Program-made: the position numbers and the translations under genes | The notes under the pieces: model-generated | Database searches by the model: none | Told to the model about the DNA's origin: nothing | Seen by the model: the letters and a program-made list of their open reading frames with translations, nothing else | NCBI GenBank assembly: GCA_029553545.1 | Contig: JAKPKU010000170.1 | Location: forward strand, 4,621 to 68,620 | DNA: 64,000 nucleotides | Origin: Candidatus Cloacimonadota bacterium | GTDB lineage: Bacteria; Cloacimonadota; Cloacimonadia; Cloacimonadales; WRIO01 | Reading direction: 5' to 3' | Part shown: positions 29,829 through 40,732 of the stretch, piece by piece | How positions within the stretch are numbered: the first letter of the stretch is position 1 | Layout of the letters: every line of letters starts with the position of its first letter

Positions 29829-30557
29829 TTAAAAAAAAGACAAATACTGCTGAACACTTGCCAGTTCAGACTGTTTAAAGTCATTATAAGTGCCAGCGAA
29901 AACTAAATTTCTATTTTCGAGCATGATAATATCTTCTGCTAGCCTCTCCACACACTCAATATCGTGAGTAATGATGATGCTTGTCATTTGCAATTCTTTT
30001 TGCAGAGAGCCGATTAAATCGATTATTTCAGAGCCAGTAACAGGATCAAGCCCAGTCGTTGGTTCATCATAAATAATATATTTGGGGTTCATGATGATTG
30101 ATCTTGCCAGTCCTACCCTCTTTCTCATTCCACCACTCAAATCTGCAGGCATTTTCATCATCACATCATCTAATTGGACTGCCTCGAGTGTTTGTTTGAC
30201 TTTATTAATAATCTCTCTCTCAGTGCTGTATTTTTTATGTTCAAATAAAGGGAAAGCAACGTTTTGATAAACATTCATAGAATCGAAAAGAGCAGCATTT
30301 TGAAACAAATATCCAATATTCGTTCTAATCTTACTCAATTCTCTTTGCTTTAATTTATTAATTAGCTGTCCATCGATATGAATTTCTCCCTGTTTGGCAG
30401 GAAACAAGCCAATTGCTGCTTTCATCAAAACGCTTTTACCAGAGCCACTTTTACCGACAAGCATGGTATTACAGTTGTTTTGAATAGTAACACTGATATT
30501 TTCTACAATTGGTTTGCCACCTAAATCAACGCTCAAGTTATCAATCTTTATCATCAC
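29829..30557 (-). CDS. ABC transporter ATP-binding protein (MlaF-like)
   Basis: Walker A GKSGSGKS, signature LSGGMRKR, Walker B IIYDEPT. GTG start 1 nt after the mtaB stop. Confidence 0.85.
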   Translation of the reverse strand: MMIKIDNLSVDLGGKPIVENISVTIQNNCNTMLVGKSGSGKSVLMKAAIGLFPAKQGEIHIDGQLINKLKQRELSKIRTNIGYLFQNAALFDSMNVYQNVAFPLFEHKKYSTEREIINKVKQTLEAVQLDDVMMKMPADLSGGMRKRVGLARSIIMNPKYIIYDEPTTGLDPVTGSEIIDLIGSLQKELQMTSIIITHDIECVERLAEDIIMLENRNLVFAGTYNDFKQSELASVQQYLSFF

Positions 30558-30558
30558 A

Positions 30559-31890
30559 TCACCAAATTTCTGCTATGATTTGCTCGCCATCGGCTTTTAT
30601 AGCTTTTAACTTTACCAAATCACCCTTGTTTACAGCCTCTCTATCTGCTTTAAATTGAACTCTTACGAAATGATCAGTCATCCCATAGTAAACGTCATTT
30701 TCACTACCTTCAACAATACAAAGCAAAGGCGCTTTTATGTCAACCAGTTTTTTAGCATATTGTATTATTTTCTCGTGAGATAAGCTTATCAGAGCTTGGC
30801 TTCTCTCTTTAGCTGTATTGCCATGAACCTGATTAGGTAGCTTTGCAGCGACAGTACTTCTTCTTTTTGAGTAAATAAAAACGTGTAAGTATGTCAATGG
30901 CAAGCTTTTTAAAAAATGAAGAGTCTCAGCAAATAACTCATTTGTCTCGCCAGGAAACCCGACTATGACATCAAAACCAAAGGCAGCATCTGCCCTTTTG
31001 CTAATTATCTCTTGCACTAAATTACTGAAGAGGCGAGTATCGTATTTCCTTCTCATTGCTTGCAATATACTGTCAGAACCAGATTGAAGAGGTATATGAA
31101 AATGTGGACAAACTTGTTCATTCTCGCAAATAACTTTGATTAAATCTTCAGTAAAAAGCTGTGGTTCAACAGAACTAAGCCTTATTTTTTTATAACCTGG
31201 GATATCGCATATTACTTGAATAAGCTCTGCAAGGTTGTTAGCAATAGTATTCCTCTCTGAAAAATCTATTCCATATAAGCCCTGATTAATACCAGCCAAA
31301 ACGAACTCATGGTAGCCTTTTTTTATCATCTCTTCGACTTGAGCGATAATGGATTCTGGCATTCTACTACGCGGGTTTCCACGTGCATAAGGGATGGCAC
31401 AATAGGAACAATAGAAATTGCAGCCATCTTGTATTTTTATAAATGCACGGCTCTTCTCCCCCATTGAGCTCGAGGGCAATTCATCAAAATATATAAAGTC
31501 TTGTGCTTGCTGACATGACTCTATCGGCTCAGCATTATGCAAAAGCAACTTTTCAACAAGCTCAGGTATAGCGCTTTTATTGTTATTATCGATAATGGCG
31601 TCAATGTTTCCAAGCTCTTCTGCTTGCGCTTTTTCTCTTTGCACATAACAGCCACTAACAATTACAATCTTATTTGGGTCAGCTTCTTTAAGCTTTAAAA
31701 AATGTCTGATCACATTTCTACTCTTGTAATCTGTACGATTTGTAACGGTACATGAGTTGAGAATCAATACATCGGCCTCGTCTATCTGATTCGTGCTGGC
31801 AAAGCCTTTTTTGATTAACAAATCAAGAATCGCAGCTGACTCATATTGGTTGACCTTACAGCCCAAAGTTTCTATGAATACCTTTTTCAA
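30559..31890 (-). CDS. mtaB: tRNA methylthiotransferase MtaB (radical SAM, MiaB-like)
   Basis: ETLGCKVNQYES N-terminus, radical SAM motif CNFYCSYC, TRAM-like C-terminus. TTG start. Confidence 0.85.
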   Translation of the reverse strand: MKKVFIETLGCKVNQYESAAILDLLIKKGFASTNQIDEADVLILNSCTVTNRTDYKSRNVIRHFLKLKEADPNKIVIVSGCYVQREKAQAEELGNIDAIIDNNNKSAIPELVEKLLLHNAEPIESCQQAQDFIYFDELPSSSMGEKSRAFIKIQDGCNFYCSYCAIPYARGNPRSRMPESIIAQVEEMIKKGYHEFVLAGINQGLYGIDFSERNTIANNLAELIQVICDIPGYKKIRLSSVEPQLFTEDLIKVICENEQVCPHFHIPLQSGSDSILQAMRRKYDTRLFSNLVQEIISKRADAAFGFDVIVGFPGETNELFAETLHFLKSLPLTYLHVFIYSKRRSTVAAKLPNQVHGNTAKERSQALISLSHEKIIQYAKKLVDIKAPLLCIVEGSENDVYYGMTDHFVRVQFKADREAVNKGDLVKLKAIKADGEQIIAEIW

Positions 31891-32134
31891 TTATCATTCC
31901 TTTTTACTTTAATTAATACAATTATCTAAAAGATCTTTTTTAAGTCAATATTTATTTAATTGTTTTATTACAAATCAAAAGAGCAAATCTATTTTGACAA
32001 AGAATAAGACAGGATTGCAGCAAAAGGCTATCTGTTTCAGTTCATGTTCAGGTTATTCATATCAAGTCTTATTTTCTAATATTCCTATGAGATACAGCTT
32101 ACATCTCTCCCGCTGTTTTAATTATTCAATACTT

Positions 32135-32887
32135 TCAAAGAGTAAAAACATCTCCAACACCGTAGTAGTAACTGCCAAACTCATAGTGGAAACGGCTCAA
32201 CACTGAAAAATCAACGCAGTGCATAGGGCACAAATATGTGGGCTTTTCTTTGGTAAAATAATCTATTGTTGAATTAACAATGTCTGTATCTTTTTCTTTC
32301 AAGTGAAAACCACCAATCACAGCATATAGTTTTTGCCCTGTGACTTTTTTGGCATATTCACAGATATTACAAATACCTGAGTGGGAACAGCCAGTTATCA
32401 CCACGACACCTTGATCTGTGGAAATTGCCAGTGCAGTATCATCATTGATTGGCAGTCCTTTATAAGTGCCAGGTTCAAAGTGTGTAACGCGGGGTATTTC
32501 TCCTAAAAAGAAGACATTTTTACTTATCTCTATCGCTCTTTGTGACTCTATTACAGCAAACTTTTCCTGCAAATAAACCTTTTGTTCTACGGGTATTTTT
32601 GTCAGAATATCTGGGTGTAAAAAAAGCTTTTTCTTCTCTGCAAACTCAAAATGCAATAACCCTTCAAGATGATCCCAGTGATAATGCGACAAAGCTACAT
32701 AATCAACTCTGTTCAAGTCGATGCCCATTATCTCAGCATTTTGTGCAATAAAACCTTTATGTCCACTATCAAAAAGGATGTTTTTACCCTCTACTTCAAG
32801 AAAAAAAGACAGACCCCATTCAGCAATACATTGCTTTCTATGACTCATTGCAACGTGATTTTCGCTTATAATATTAATTCTAATCAA
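32135..32887 (-). CDS. MBL-fold metallo-hydrolase
   Basis: Motif SHYHWDH. The probable start is the TTG at 32887, 6 nt after GGAGG. The track ORF extends to 32983 without an RBS. Confidence 0.7.
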   Translation of the reverse strand: MIRINIISENHVAMSHRKQCIAEWGLSFFLEVEGKNILFDSGHKGFIAQNAEIMGIDLNRVDYVALSHYHWDHLEGLLHFEFAEKKKLFLHPDILTKIPVEQKVYLQEKFAVIESQRAIEISKNVFFLGEIPRVTHFEPGTYKGLPINDDTALAISTDQGVVVITGCSHSGICNICEYAKKVTGQKLYAVIGGFHLKEKDTDIVNSTIDYFTKEKPTYLCPMHCVDFSVLSRFHYEFGSYYYGVGDVFTL

Positions 32888-33064
32888 TTCATTCCTCCAT
32901 ATATAATCTAATCTACAAGAGGCTCTCTTGTCATTTTTTTTTATGGAATATTCTAAAAAATCTTGACAAAATGAAAAAAACAAGTATAATATTACTCAAC
33001 ATAGAGGTGAAAACATTAACAAACAACTTTTTTAGCAAAACATGCCCATATAAAGGAGGAGCAA

Positions 33065-33457
33065 ATGTTTAGTGTAGATCAAACAAGTTATGGCGTAAAA
33101 ATCATGTTTTCAGGTGCAATGAACAAAGAAGAAATGTCTGTTTGGCTTGAAGAATCAAAGAGAATAACATCGAAGTTACCAAGTAAATTTGGAGTCTTTG
33201 TTGATATGCGAAATCTTAAACCTCTTGAAGCTGAGGCTCAAAAAGTGTTAGAAGAAGGTCAAAAACACTACAAAATCAAAGGAATGGAACGATCTGTAGT
33301 TATTGTCAATAATCCTATTGTAAAAATGCAGTTTACCAGGCTGGCAAAGCAAAGCGGCATTTATGAATGGGAAAGGTATATTGATGCTTCGCAACATGGA
33401 GATTGGGAAAAACGAGGCGAGGCATGGCTCACAAGCAGCATCGACCCCGATCATTAA
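33065..33457 (+). CDS. Hypothetical protein, 130 aa
   Basis: Strong RBS aaaggagg and a terminator directly downstream. No family confidently recognised. Confidence 0.6.
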   Translation: MFSVDQTSYGVKIMFSGAMNKEEMSVWLEESKRITSKLPSKFGVFVDMRNLKPLEAEAQKVLEEGQKHYKIKGMERSVVIVNNPIVKMQFTRLAKQSGIYEWERYIDASQHGDWEKRGEAWLTSSIDPDH

Positions 33458-33479
33458 AGTATAATGGTTTTCTAAATAT

Positions 33480-33514
33480 GCTAAAGCCTCGCAATGGGCT
33501 TTAGCTTTTTTTTT
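33480..33514 (+). terminator. Rho-independent terminator
   Basis: Stem gctaaagcc/ggctttagc followed by a 9-nt T-run. Confidence 0.8.
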
Positions 33515-33611
33515 ATCTTTTTTCCCATATAAGAGCAAGAATAAAGATTTTTATTGACTTTTTTACTACTTTTTAATTATATTATCTATATATTAAAATC
33601 AGGAGGAATGC

Positions 33612-35930
33612 ATGAACTTTAGCAATCAAATACCACGCACTTTACCAGTGATATACTTGAATAATATTGTTATGTTTCCATATCTGATGCTTCCTTTAGT
33701 AACTTCAGATGATAGAATAATAAAGATTATTGAACACTCAATGGCAAATGATAAAATACTTGCCTATTTTTTACAAAAAGATAGTAAAAACGCCTCTGAA
33801 ATTGAGGTTTATGAGTATGGTACTGCTGTTCGAATTTTGAGAATGCTGCGTAATAATGATGGATCTCTAAGCTTATTACTTCAAGGAGTAACGAGAATTA
33901 AGCTTGAAAAAGTTACTCAACATCAGCCATTTATGCTTGTTGAAGTAGAAACTATCGCCGAAAATCTCGATAGCAATCCAACCATCTTAGCTAACCGTAA
34001 AATCACACTTGAAATGCTCGATCAATTTGTCTTAGAATCTGAAGAGATGAACAAAGACCTAATCGTCGGCTTAAAGGCTATCAAGCAGCATGGAAGAGTC
34101 AGCGATATTATTGCTGGAAATATTCCTATAGATATAAGAATCAAGCAAAAGATACTGGAAACAAATGATTTAGTTGAAAGATACACTATTTTAAATCAAG
34201 AAATGGCAGAGCTTGTAAAAATCAAAAAAGTTGAGAATACAATTAGAAACAAATTACAGCTCGAGATGACTGAAGATCAGCGTAGATACTACCTCAAAGA
34301 GCAGTTAGAAGCAATAAGAAGAGAATTAGGTGAAGCAGATGAATCTTCTATCGAAGCCGAAGACCAAAGAAAAAAGGTAGAAGATGCCAATTTACCTCCC
34401 TATGTTTATGAAGTCGCCATGGAAGAGCTTAAGCGGCTGAGCATGATACCTCCTGCCTCCAGTGAATACAATGTTGTGCGTACTTATCTTGATTGGCTGA
34501 TAAATATACCATGGACAAAACATAGTAAAGATAGATTAGACTTGAAAGAGATTGAGCAAATCTTAACTAATGATCATTTTGGTTTAGAGCAAGTAAAAGA
34601 AAGAATCATCGAATTTATCGCTGTAAAAAAACTCAAGCAAGAGATAAAGGGACCCATACTATGCTTTACAGGACCTCCTGGCACAGGAAAGACATCCATG
34701 GGTAAATCTATTGCCAAGTCCATGAACCGTGAGTTTATTCGTATTTCTTTAGGTGGTATCCATGATGAAGCAGAGATTAGAGGACATCGACGCACCTATA
34801 TAGGAGCAATGCCTGGCAGAATTATTACAGAGATTAAGCGCTGTAAAACATCAAACCCTCTCTTCATGCTCGATGAAATAGATAAAGTGGGCAAAGACTT
34901 TCGTGGTGACCCTGCCTCAGCTTTATTAGAGGTATTGGATCCCGAACAAAACAGCACATTTGTTGACAATTATATCAATCTACCTTTTGATTTATCTGAT
35001 GTCTTTTTTATTACTACAGCCAATTCACTGGACACCATCCCCCCTGCTTTGAGAGACAGAATGGAAGTCATCAGCTTCTCCAGTTATATTGAAGAAGAGA
35101 AAGTTCAAATTGCACGAAAATATCTCATACCAAAAGAATTAGATAATAATGGACTAACTAAACAGAATGTACAGATTCAAACTTGCGCCATCAAAGAGCT
35201 GATACGCTATTATGTACGCGAATCAGGCGTACGGTCTCTACAAAGAACTATTGCCACTATCATGAGAAAGATAGCCAGAAAGGTTGCTGAAGGTGATGAA
35301 CAAAAAGTCGTTGTCACCAGCAAAAGAGTAAAAGACTATTTAGGAAGAAGAAAGTTTCAATTAGAGCTTGCCAATCGAAAGCCAGAAATCGGAATAGTTA
35401 CAGGGCTTGCCTGGACCTCTTTTGGGGGTGAAATACTCTTTTGTGAAACAACTCAAATGCCTGGCAAAGGGAACCTTATACTTACAGGATTGCTGGGTGA
35501 AGTGATGCAAGAAAGTGCCAAAATTGCACTTACTTATTTAAAGTCAAACTATAAGAAATATAAGATTAATATTGAAGAGTTGGAAAAAACAGATTTACAT
35601 ATCCATTTACCTTCAGGGGCTGTACCAAAAGATGGACCATCTGCAGGCGTGACCCTCACCACGTCGATTGCCTCTGTCCTCCTCAATAGCAAAGTAAGAC
35701 ATGACATCGCCATGACAGGTGAAGTCACGCTTTATGGCAATGTTTTGCCTATCGGTGGCGTAAAAGAAAAGTTCCTTGCAGCCAAGCGAGCAAACATCAA
35801 GAATATCCTTTTGCCCTATGCTAATCAAGACGATTATGAAGAATTACCAAGTGATATTAAAGAAGGGATTAAAGTGAAGTTTATCAAACATATAGATGAT
35901 ATTTTTTCTGAGGTATTTATCAAAGAATGA
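33612..35930 (+). CDS. lon: ATP-dependent protease Lon
   Basis: LON N-domain, Walker A GPPGTGKTS, proteolytic Ser in PKDGPSAGVT. 772 aa. Confidence 0.95.
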   Translation: MNFSNQIPRTLPVIYLNNIVMFPYLMLPLVTSDDRIIKIIEHSMANDKILAYFLQKDSKNASEIEVYEYGTAVRILRMLRNNDGSLSLLLQGVTRIKLEKVTQHQPFMLVEVETIAENLDSNPTILANRKITLEMLDQFVLESEEMNKDLIVGLKAIKQHGRVSDIIAGNIPIDIRIKQKILETNDLVERYTILNQEMAELVKIKKVENTIRNKLQLEMTEDQRRYYLKEQLEAIRRELGEADESSIEAEDQRKKVEDANLPPYVYEVAMEELKRLSMIPPASSEYNVVRTYLDWLINIPWTKHSKDRLDLKEIEQILTNDHFGLEQVKERIIEFIAVKKLKQEIKGPILCFTGPPGTGKTSMGKSIAKSMNREFIRISLGGIHDEAEIRGHRRTYIGAMPGRIITEIKRCKTSNPLFMLDEIDKVGKDFRGDPASALLEVLDPEQNSTFVDNYINLPFDLSDVFFITTANSLDTIPPALRDRMEVISFSSYIEEEKVQIARKYLIPKELDNNGLTKQNVQIQTCAIKELIRYYVRESGVRSLQRTIATIMRKIARKVAEGDEQKVVVTSKRVKDYLGRRKFQLELANRKPEIGIVTGLAWTSFGGEILFCETTQMPGKGNLILTGLLGEVMQESAKIALTYLKSNYKKYKINIEELEKTDLHIHLPSGAVPKDGPSAGVTLTTSIASVLLNSKVRHDIAMTGEVTLYGNVLPIGGVKEKFLAAKRANIKNILLPYANQDDYEELPSDIKEGIKVKFIKHIDDIFSEVFIKE

Positions 35931-37423
35931 AAAACATAGCAAATGAATCCCTCTTTGAAGAAGCAACTAATACCCTTAATATCTTAATAGATGTAGAAAA
36001 GAGCTTTAGACCTAAGGCAGAATATGTATTTCGCACATTTTGCCGTATATTAGGCTTAAATCCGTCTTTTGAATACACTGAAGAGCGCCAAGAAGCACAT
36101 ATTTATTATGGACCTCCCACAAAAAAAGAATACCCTGTGATTATCACTCATAACCCAAATGCTGTCAAGTTCTTTTACGTGGAATTAGATGAGGCAAAAG
36201 ACTATACAATACCAGTTTACCCTAATGAAAAAGTCCGCTTTTTCAAATATGGCAATGAGTATATTCCTTTCTTATTCTCTCCTCCAGGGCAAATATTCTA
36301 CAATAGCGATAGATCTATTCTAATTAATAAAGATATCATTTCATCTGCTTTCTATTTCTTGACTTGTTGGCAAGAGTATACCGATGACAAAGAAATGTTT
36401 CCTGGTGATAGATATGACTTTAAATCCTCAATGCAGCATTATTGGGGTTTTACTGAAATACCTGTAGTTGACCGCTATTGCCACATGTTTGAATTGAGTC
36501 TTGAATACATACTAAAAAAGTTCTCTAAACAGAGGAAATGGCCTAATAAAAGCCTTTTTGCCATGACGATTTCTCATGATATTGACTACTGGAACTTTTG
36601 GACAAAAGATCATCTCAAGAGTAATATCCAATACAATAAAAAGAGAATAAAAGAGCAACCTATCAACTCTCTCTACAAGATTGTCGGACACTATCTTACC
36701 AAGAAATTTTCTTATAACTCAACCAAGATAATAAAAAAAATCAAGATGATGGAAGAAAGATACGAAGCTAATTCTACTTTTTTCCTTTTAGCAGGCTCCC
36801 AAGCCCTTGATAGACGCCAGGAGTACTTGTTTGACGAAAAATTGCTCAATGATGTAAAAGAAACGCTTCATGATAATGAAATTGGCTTGCACGGGACAAT
36901 GACAGCAGCATTTGATCAAGACACAATGAATGAAGAATATAAAAACCTCACTGATGCTGGTTTTGAAGCTATTGGTTATCGAAACCACTATCTGACTTTC
37001 GACTATCAAAAGTCTTTTTCTTTACTGGAAAAGGCTGGATTTAAGTATGATGCAACCCTCGGCTTTTGGGAAAACATCGGCTATCGTGCAGGGGTCTCAT
37101 TCCCTTTTCATCCATTTAATATTAAAGAAAACAAGCCTTTTAAAATCTTAGAAATACCACTCACAGTAATGGATACAACACTGTTTTCACCAAAAGCTAT
37201 GAAGCTCTCTGCAAGAAAGTCTTTCAAAGAAATAAAAAAACATATTCATAATGCCAGAAACAATTATTCGCACATTTCCATCCTTTGGCATAATACCATG
37301 TTCGACCCCATCGATTACCCTCATTGGGCGAAATTATACAATAAAACTCTACAATATGCCTATAAAAAAGATGCTTGGATCTGCTCTCTCAAAGATCTCT
37401 ACAATTTCTGGCAAGAAAACTAA
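35927..37423 (+). CDS. Hypothetical protein, possibly a divergent polysaccharide deacetylase-like (CE4-related) enzyme
   Basis: The start overlaps the lon stop (ATGA). Motifs TISHDIDYW and GLHGT are reminiscent of CE4 metal-binding motifs, but the family call is weak. Confidence 0.45.
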   Translation: MKNIANESLFEEATNTLNILIDVEKSFRPKAEYVFRTFCRILGLNPSFEYTEERQEAHIYYGPPTKKEYPVIITHNPNAVKFFYVELDEAKDYTIPVYPNEKVRFFKYGNEYIPFLFSPPGQIFYNSDRSILINKDIISSAFYFLTCWQEYTDDKEMFPGDRYDFKSSMQHYWGFTEIPVVDRYCHMFELSLEYILKKFSKQRKWPNKSLFAMTISHDIDYWNFWTKDHLKSNIQYNKKRIKEQPINSLYKIVGHYLTKKFSYNSTKIIKKIKMMEERYEANSTFFLLAGSQALDRRQEYLFDEKLLNDVKETLHDNEIGLHGTMTAAFDQDTMNEEYKNLTDAGFEAIGYRNHYLTFDYQKSFSLLEKAGFKYDATLGFWENIGYRAGVSFPFHPFNIKENKPFKILEIPLTVMDTTLFSPKAMKLSARKSFKEIKKHIHNARNNYSHISILWHNTMFDPIDYPHWAKLYNKTLQYAYKKDAWICSLKDLYNFWQEN

Positions 37424-37438
37424 TTTAAAGGAAAACAT

Positions 37439-39553
37439 ATGAAAAGAAAAGCCTTATTATTCGTAAGTTTAGCAATTTTCAGCTATGTAATTGCATTACC
37501 AAAACCACCAGTAGCAACAAAACACCCCCAAGAAAAAGAAATGCACGATGTAAAATGGATAGATAATTATGACTATATGAGCAAAAGCGAAAGCATTAAT
37601 GAAACGGTAAAGTACATAAAGGCAGAGAATAAGTACACAAAGAAGATCAGTAAATCATTTGCCAAACTACAAAAGACTATCTACACGGAAATCAAAAGCC
37701 GCTTCAGAGAAAATGATTTAAGCGTGCCTTATCGCATTGATGACTGGCAGTACTATTATGAAGAGAGAAAAGGCGATGCCTATGGTGTCAGTTATCGAAT
37801 TAATATTTATACTCAAGAGAAACAAGTTCTAATTGACTCAAATAAACTGGCAAAAGGTCATAATTTCTACGATTTAGGGGAGTTTTCAATTAGCCCCAAT
37901 GACTCTATCTTAGCATATTCTGTCGATTATGAAGGCGCTGAACAATACACATTATATCTCAAGGATACAAAAACGGGAAAGCACTATAATGATACGATTA
38001 AAAATGTCGACTCAATTGTGTGGTTTAACGATAGCAAGACTTTTTTCTACACCAAACAAGACGATAAGTATATTCCCAATAAACTTTACAAACACGTTGT
38101 AGGCACAGACCCTGCAGAAGATAAGCTAATATTTGAAGAAAAAGACGATGCCTTTTATCTCTACCCCTCAAAATCAAGGAGTAAAGACATTATTTTTGTC
38201 AATACCAATAGCAAAACAAGCTCTGAAACATGGTATATATCAGCAAATAACCCGAATGATGAGCTAAAAAATATACACTTAAGAAAACCCAATATACAAA
38301 TCTACCCCGCACATTATGACAATAAGTTTTATCTTTATACAAGCGAGTTTGAGCCAAATTATCAGTATTATGAAGTGCAAGGAATTGACTTCAATGATAA
38401 AGAACTACTCTTCTCAGGTGACGAGTTCACTGTGCTGGAAGGCGTTTCACATTTCAAGGACTTCTATGTTTTATCAGAAAGAATAAATGGTCAAAACCGC
38501 ATTAGAGTTATCAATAAGAGCACAAATAATCAGCACTCATTAGATTTCGCAGCAGAAAATTATTCTGTAGAGCTAAGTGTCAATCCTGATGATAAAAGTG
38601 ATAGCCTCAGATTTAGTTATGATTCTTTAACAGAGCCTTCCATCCTCTACCAGATCAATATGAAAGAACTTGGGCAAACCAAAATAAGCGATTATAAGGT
38701 CTTGAGACATTATTTACCACTTGGCAATTACAAAAAAGAAGATTATGAGGAACAGCTTGTCTTTGTCGATCTCGCCGACGGGCAAAGAGTTCCACTGATG
38801 TTGGTATATAAAAAAGACCTCTTTACCGGCAATAATCCCTGCCTACTCACTGCTTATGGCTCATATGGCGACTCCGACGATCCCTACTTTTCTATCTCGC
38901 GTCTAAGCCTCTTGGATAGAGGTTGGATTTATGCTATTGCACAGATCAGAGGTGGTGGCAATTTAGGTAAGAGTTGGCATGATCAAGGCAAGCTTTTAAA
39001 TAGAAAAAACACCTTCGCTGATTTCATTACCTGCGCAGAATATCTAATTAAAAATGGCTATACCTCGCCACAAAAGCTGGCTATTGAAGGTGGCAGTGCT
39101 GGTGGAATGCTGATTGGTGCAGTTATCAATCAAAGACCTGAACTCTTTCGTACTGCCATTGCTGATGTGCCTTTTGTCGATGTGCTCAATACCATGCTTG
39201 ACAGTAGTCAGTCGCTAACTGTGACCGAATACGATGAGTGGGGCAATCCTAATGATAAAAAGTTTTTTGACTATATTGCCTCTTATTCGCCCTATGACCA
39301 AGTTGTAGCGCAGAATTACCCTCATCTCTTGATTACTGCGGGCTTTAGAGATACTCGTGTCACTTATTGGGAGCCTTTAAAATGGACAGCAAAACTGAGA
39401 GAAATGAAGACAGATAAGCATCTTCTCTTATTGAAAATGAATATGAATGAGGGGCATAGCGGGTCTGGTGACAGATATAGCATTTATAAAGACATTGCCT
39501 TTAGCTATGCTTTTTTAATTTGGACTATTGAACAAGAGCGTTTTGAAAAATAG
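37439..39553 (+). CDS. ptrB: S9-family serine peptidase, oligopeptidase B-like
   Basis: Beta-propeller plus alpha/beta-hydrolase layout. Nucleophile elbow GGSAGGML, and distal D and H (RDTRV, EGHSG). N-terminal signal or anchor. Confidence 0.8.
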   Translation: MKRKALLFVSLAIFSYVIALPKPPVATKHPQEKEMHDVKWIDNYDYMSKSESINETVKYIKAENKYTKKISKSFAKLQKTIYTEIKSRFRENDLSVPYRIDDWQYYYEERKGDAYGVSYRINIYTQEKQVLIDSNKLAKGHNFYDLGEFSISPNDSILAYSVDYEGAEQYTLYLKDTKTGKHYNDTIKNVDSIVWFNDSKTFFYTKQDDKYIPNKLYKHVVGTDPAEDKLIFEEKDDAFYLYPSKSRSKDIIFVNTNSKTSSETWYISANNPNDELKNIHLRKPNIQIYPAHYDNKFYLYTSEFEPNYQYYEVQGIDFNDKELLFSGDEFTVLEGVSHFKDFYVLSERINGQNRIRVINKSTNNQHSLDFAAENYSVELSVNPDDKSDSLRFSYDSLTEPSILYQINMKELGQTKISDYKVLRHYLPLGNYKKEDYEEQLVFVDLADGQRVPLMLVYKKDLFTGNNPCLLTAYGSYGDSDDPYFSISRLSLLDRGWIYAIAQIRGGGNLGKSWHDQGKLLNRKNTFADFITCAEYLIKNGYTSPQKLAIEGGSAGGMLIGAVINQRPELFRTAIADVPFVDVLNTMLDSSQSLTVTEYDEWGNPNDKKFFDYIASYSPYDQVVAQNYPHLLITAGFRDTRVTYWEPLKWTAKLREMKTDKHLLLLKMNMNEGHSGSGDRYSIYKDIAFSYAFLIWTIEQERFEK

Positions 39554-39567
39554 AAAAAGAGGATAAT

Positions 39568-40527
39568 ATGAAAATAGGAATTGTTGGGGCAACAGGCGAA
39601 GTTGGACAAATGATGATCAAAAACCTTGAAGAATTCTCTGTGCCAGCTACAGAATTACGACTCTTTGCTTCTGCTCGCTCAGCAGGCAAAGAAGTCTTAT
39701 TTAATAAAAAAAGTTTAACTGTAGAAGAACTCACAGAAGGTAAAATGCGAGAGAAGTATGATTATTTATTATTTTCTGCAGGCTCTGCCATTTCCAAAGT
39801 CTTTGCTCCTATCGCTGCTGAAGCTGGCAATATTGTTATAGATAATTCCTCAGCCTTTCGTCGTGATAAAAATATTCCACTCATTGTACCAGAAATAAAT
39901 GGCGGGCAATTAAAGGGCTATCGTGGCATAATCGCCAATCCCAATTGCTCCACAATTCAAATCGCTTTAGCGCTCAATGTAATAAAGCAGCATTTTGACA
40001 TAAAAAGAGTAATCATCACCACCATGCAATCTGTCTCTGGTGCAGGGCATCACGGTATTGCTATTTTGGAGGAGCAACGCAAAGGCTCAACTGATATAGG
40101 TATCTTCCCGCAACACATTGACTTAAATGTCATACCACAAATCGGCGCATTCGAAGATGATAGTTATTGTGAAGAAGAACATAAATTACAATTTGAAATG
40201 CAAAGAATTCTCTCAGCACCTGATCTTGAGATAAGCTCCACAGTCACACGTGTGCCTGTCATGCGAGGGCACTCAGCCAGCGTTTTTGTTCAGCTTCAAA
40301 AAGAAATTGAGATAGAGAAGCTTCATGAAGCCTTCAAAAACTCTCCAGCAATTCAGTACAATGAAGATTATATGACCCCCTATTATCTGAATAATTCCAA
40401 TGATTCTCATGTCTCTCGCCTGCGTTATGCCTTTGATAAGAGCTCGATACAATTCTGGAATGTGGCAGATAATGTACGCCTGGGTGCCGCTACTAATGCT
40501 GTCAAAATAATGTTAAATATGAGATAG
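39568..40527 (+). CDS. asd: Aspartate-semialdehyde dehydrogenase
   Basis: Motif IVGATGEVG and the active-site motif NPNCSTIQ. 319 aa. Confidence 0.9.
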   Translation: MKIGIVGATGEVGQMMIKNLEEFSVPATELRLFASARSAGKEVLFNKKSLTVEELTEGKMREKYDYLLFSAGSAISKVFAPIAAEAGNIVIDNSSAFRRDKNIPLIVPEINGGQLKGYRGIIANPNCSTIQIALALNVIKQHFDIKRVIITTMQSVSGAGHHGIAILEEQRKGSTDIGIFPQHIDLNVIPQIGAFEDDSYCEEEHKLQFEMQRILSAPDLEISSTVTRVPVMRGHSASVFVQLQKEIEIEKLHEAFKNSPAIQYNEDYMTPYYLNNSNDSHVSRLRYAFDKSSIQFWNVADNVRLGAATNAVKIMLNMR

Positions 40528-40623
40528 AAGCAAAAGAGACGGCAGATTAAATCATCTCGCTCAATGAAATCAGCATAGATTTTCACCATTATAAGCAAGT
40601 AAATCCCTCTTCTATACACATAC

Positions 40624-40653
40624 AAAAACTCGATCCCTGAATGAGGGACCGAG
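40624..40653 (-). terminator. Terminator downstream of the helicase gene
   Basis: Hairpin ctcgatccct/agggaccgag. Read on the minus strand it is followed by ttttt. Confidence 0.6.
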
Positions 40654-40732
40654 TTAAATATCATTAATATTTCTTTGCTTATTTATAACGAGATAAGGTG
40701 ATATTCTTTCTTACTCACATGGTGCGAGAAAG

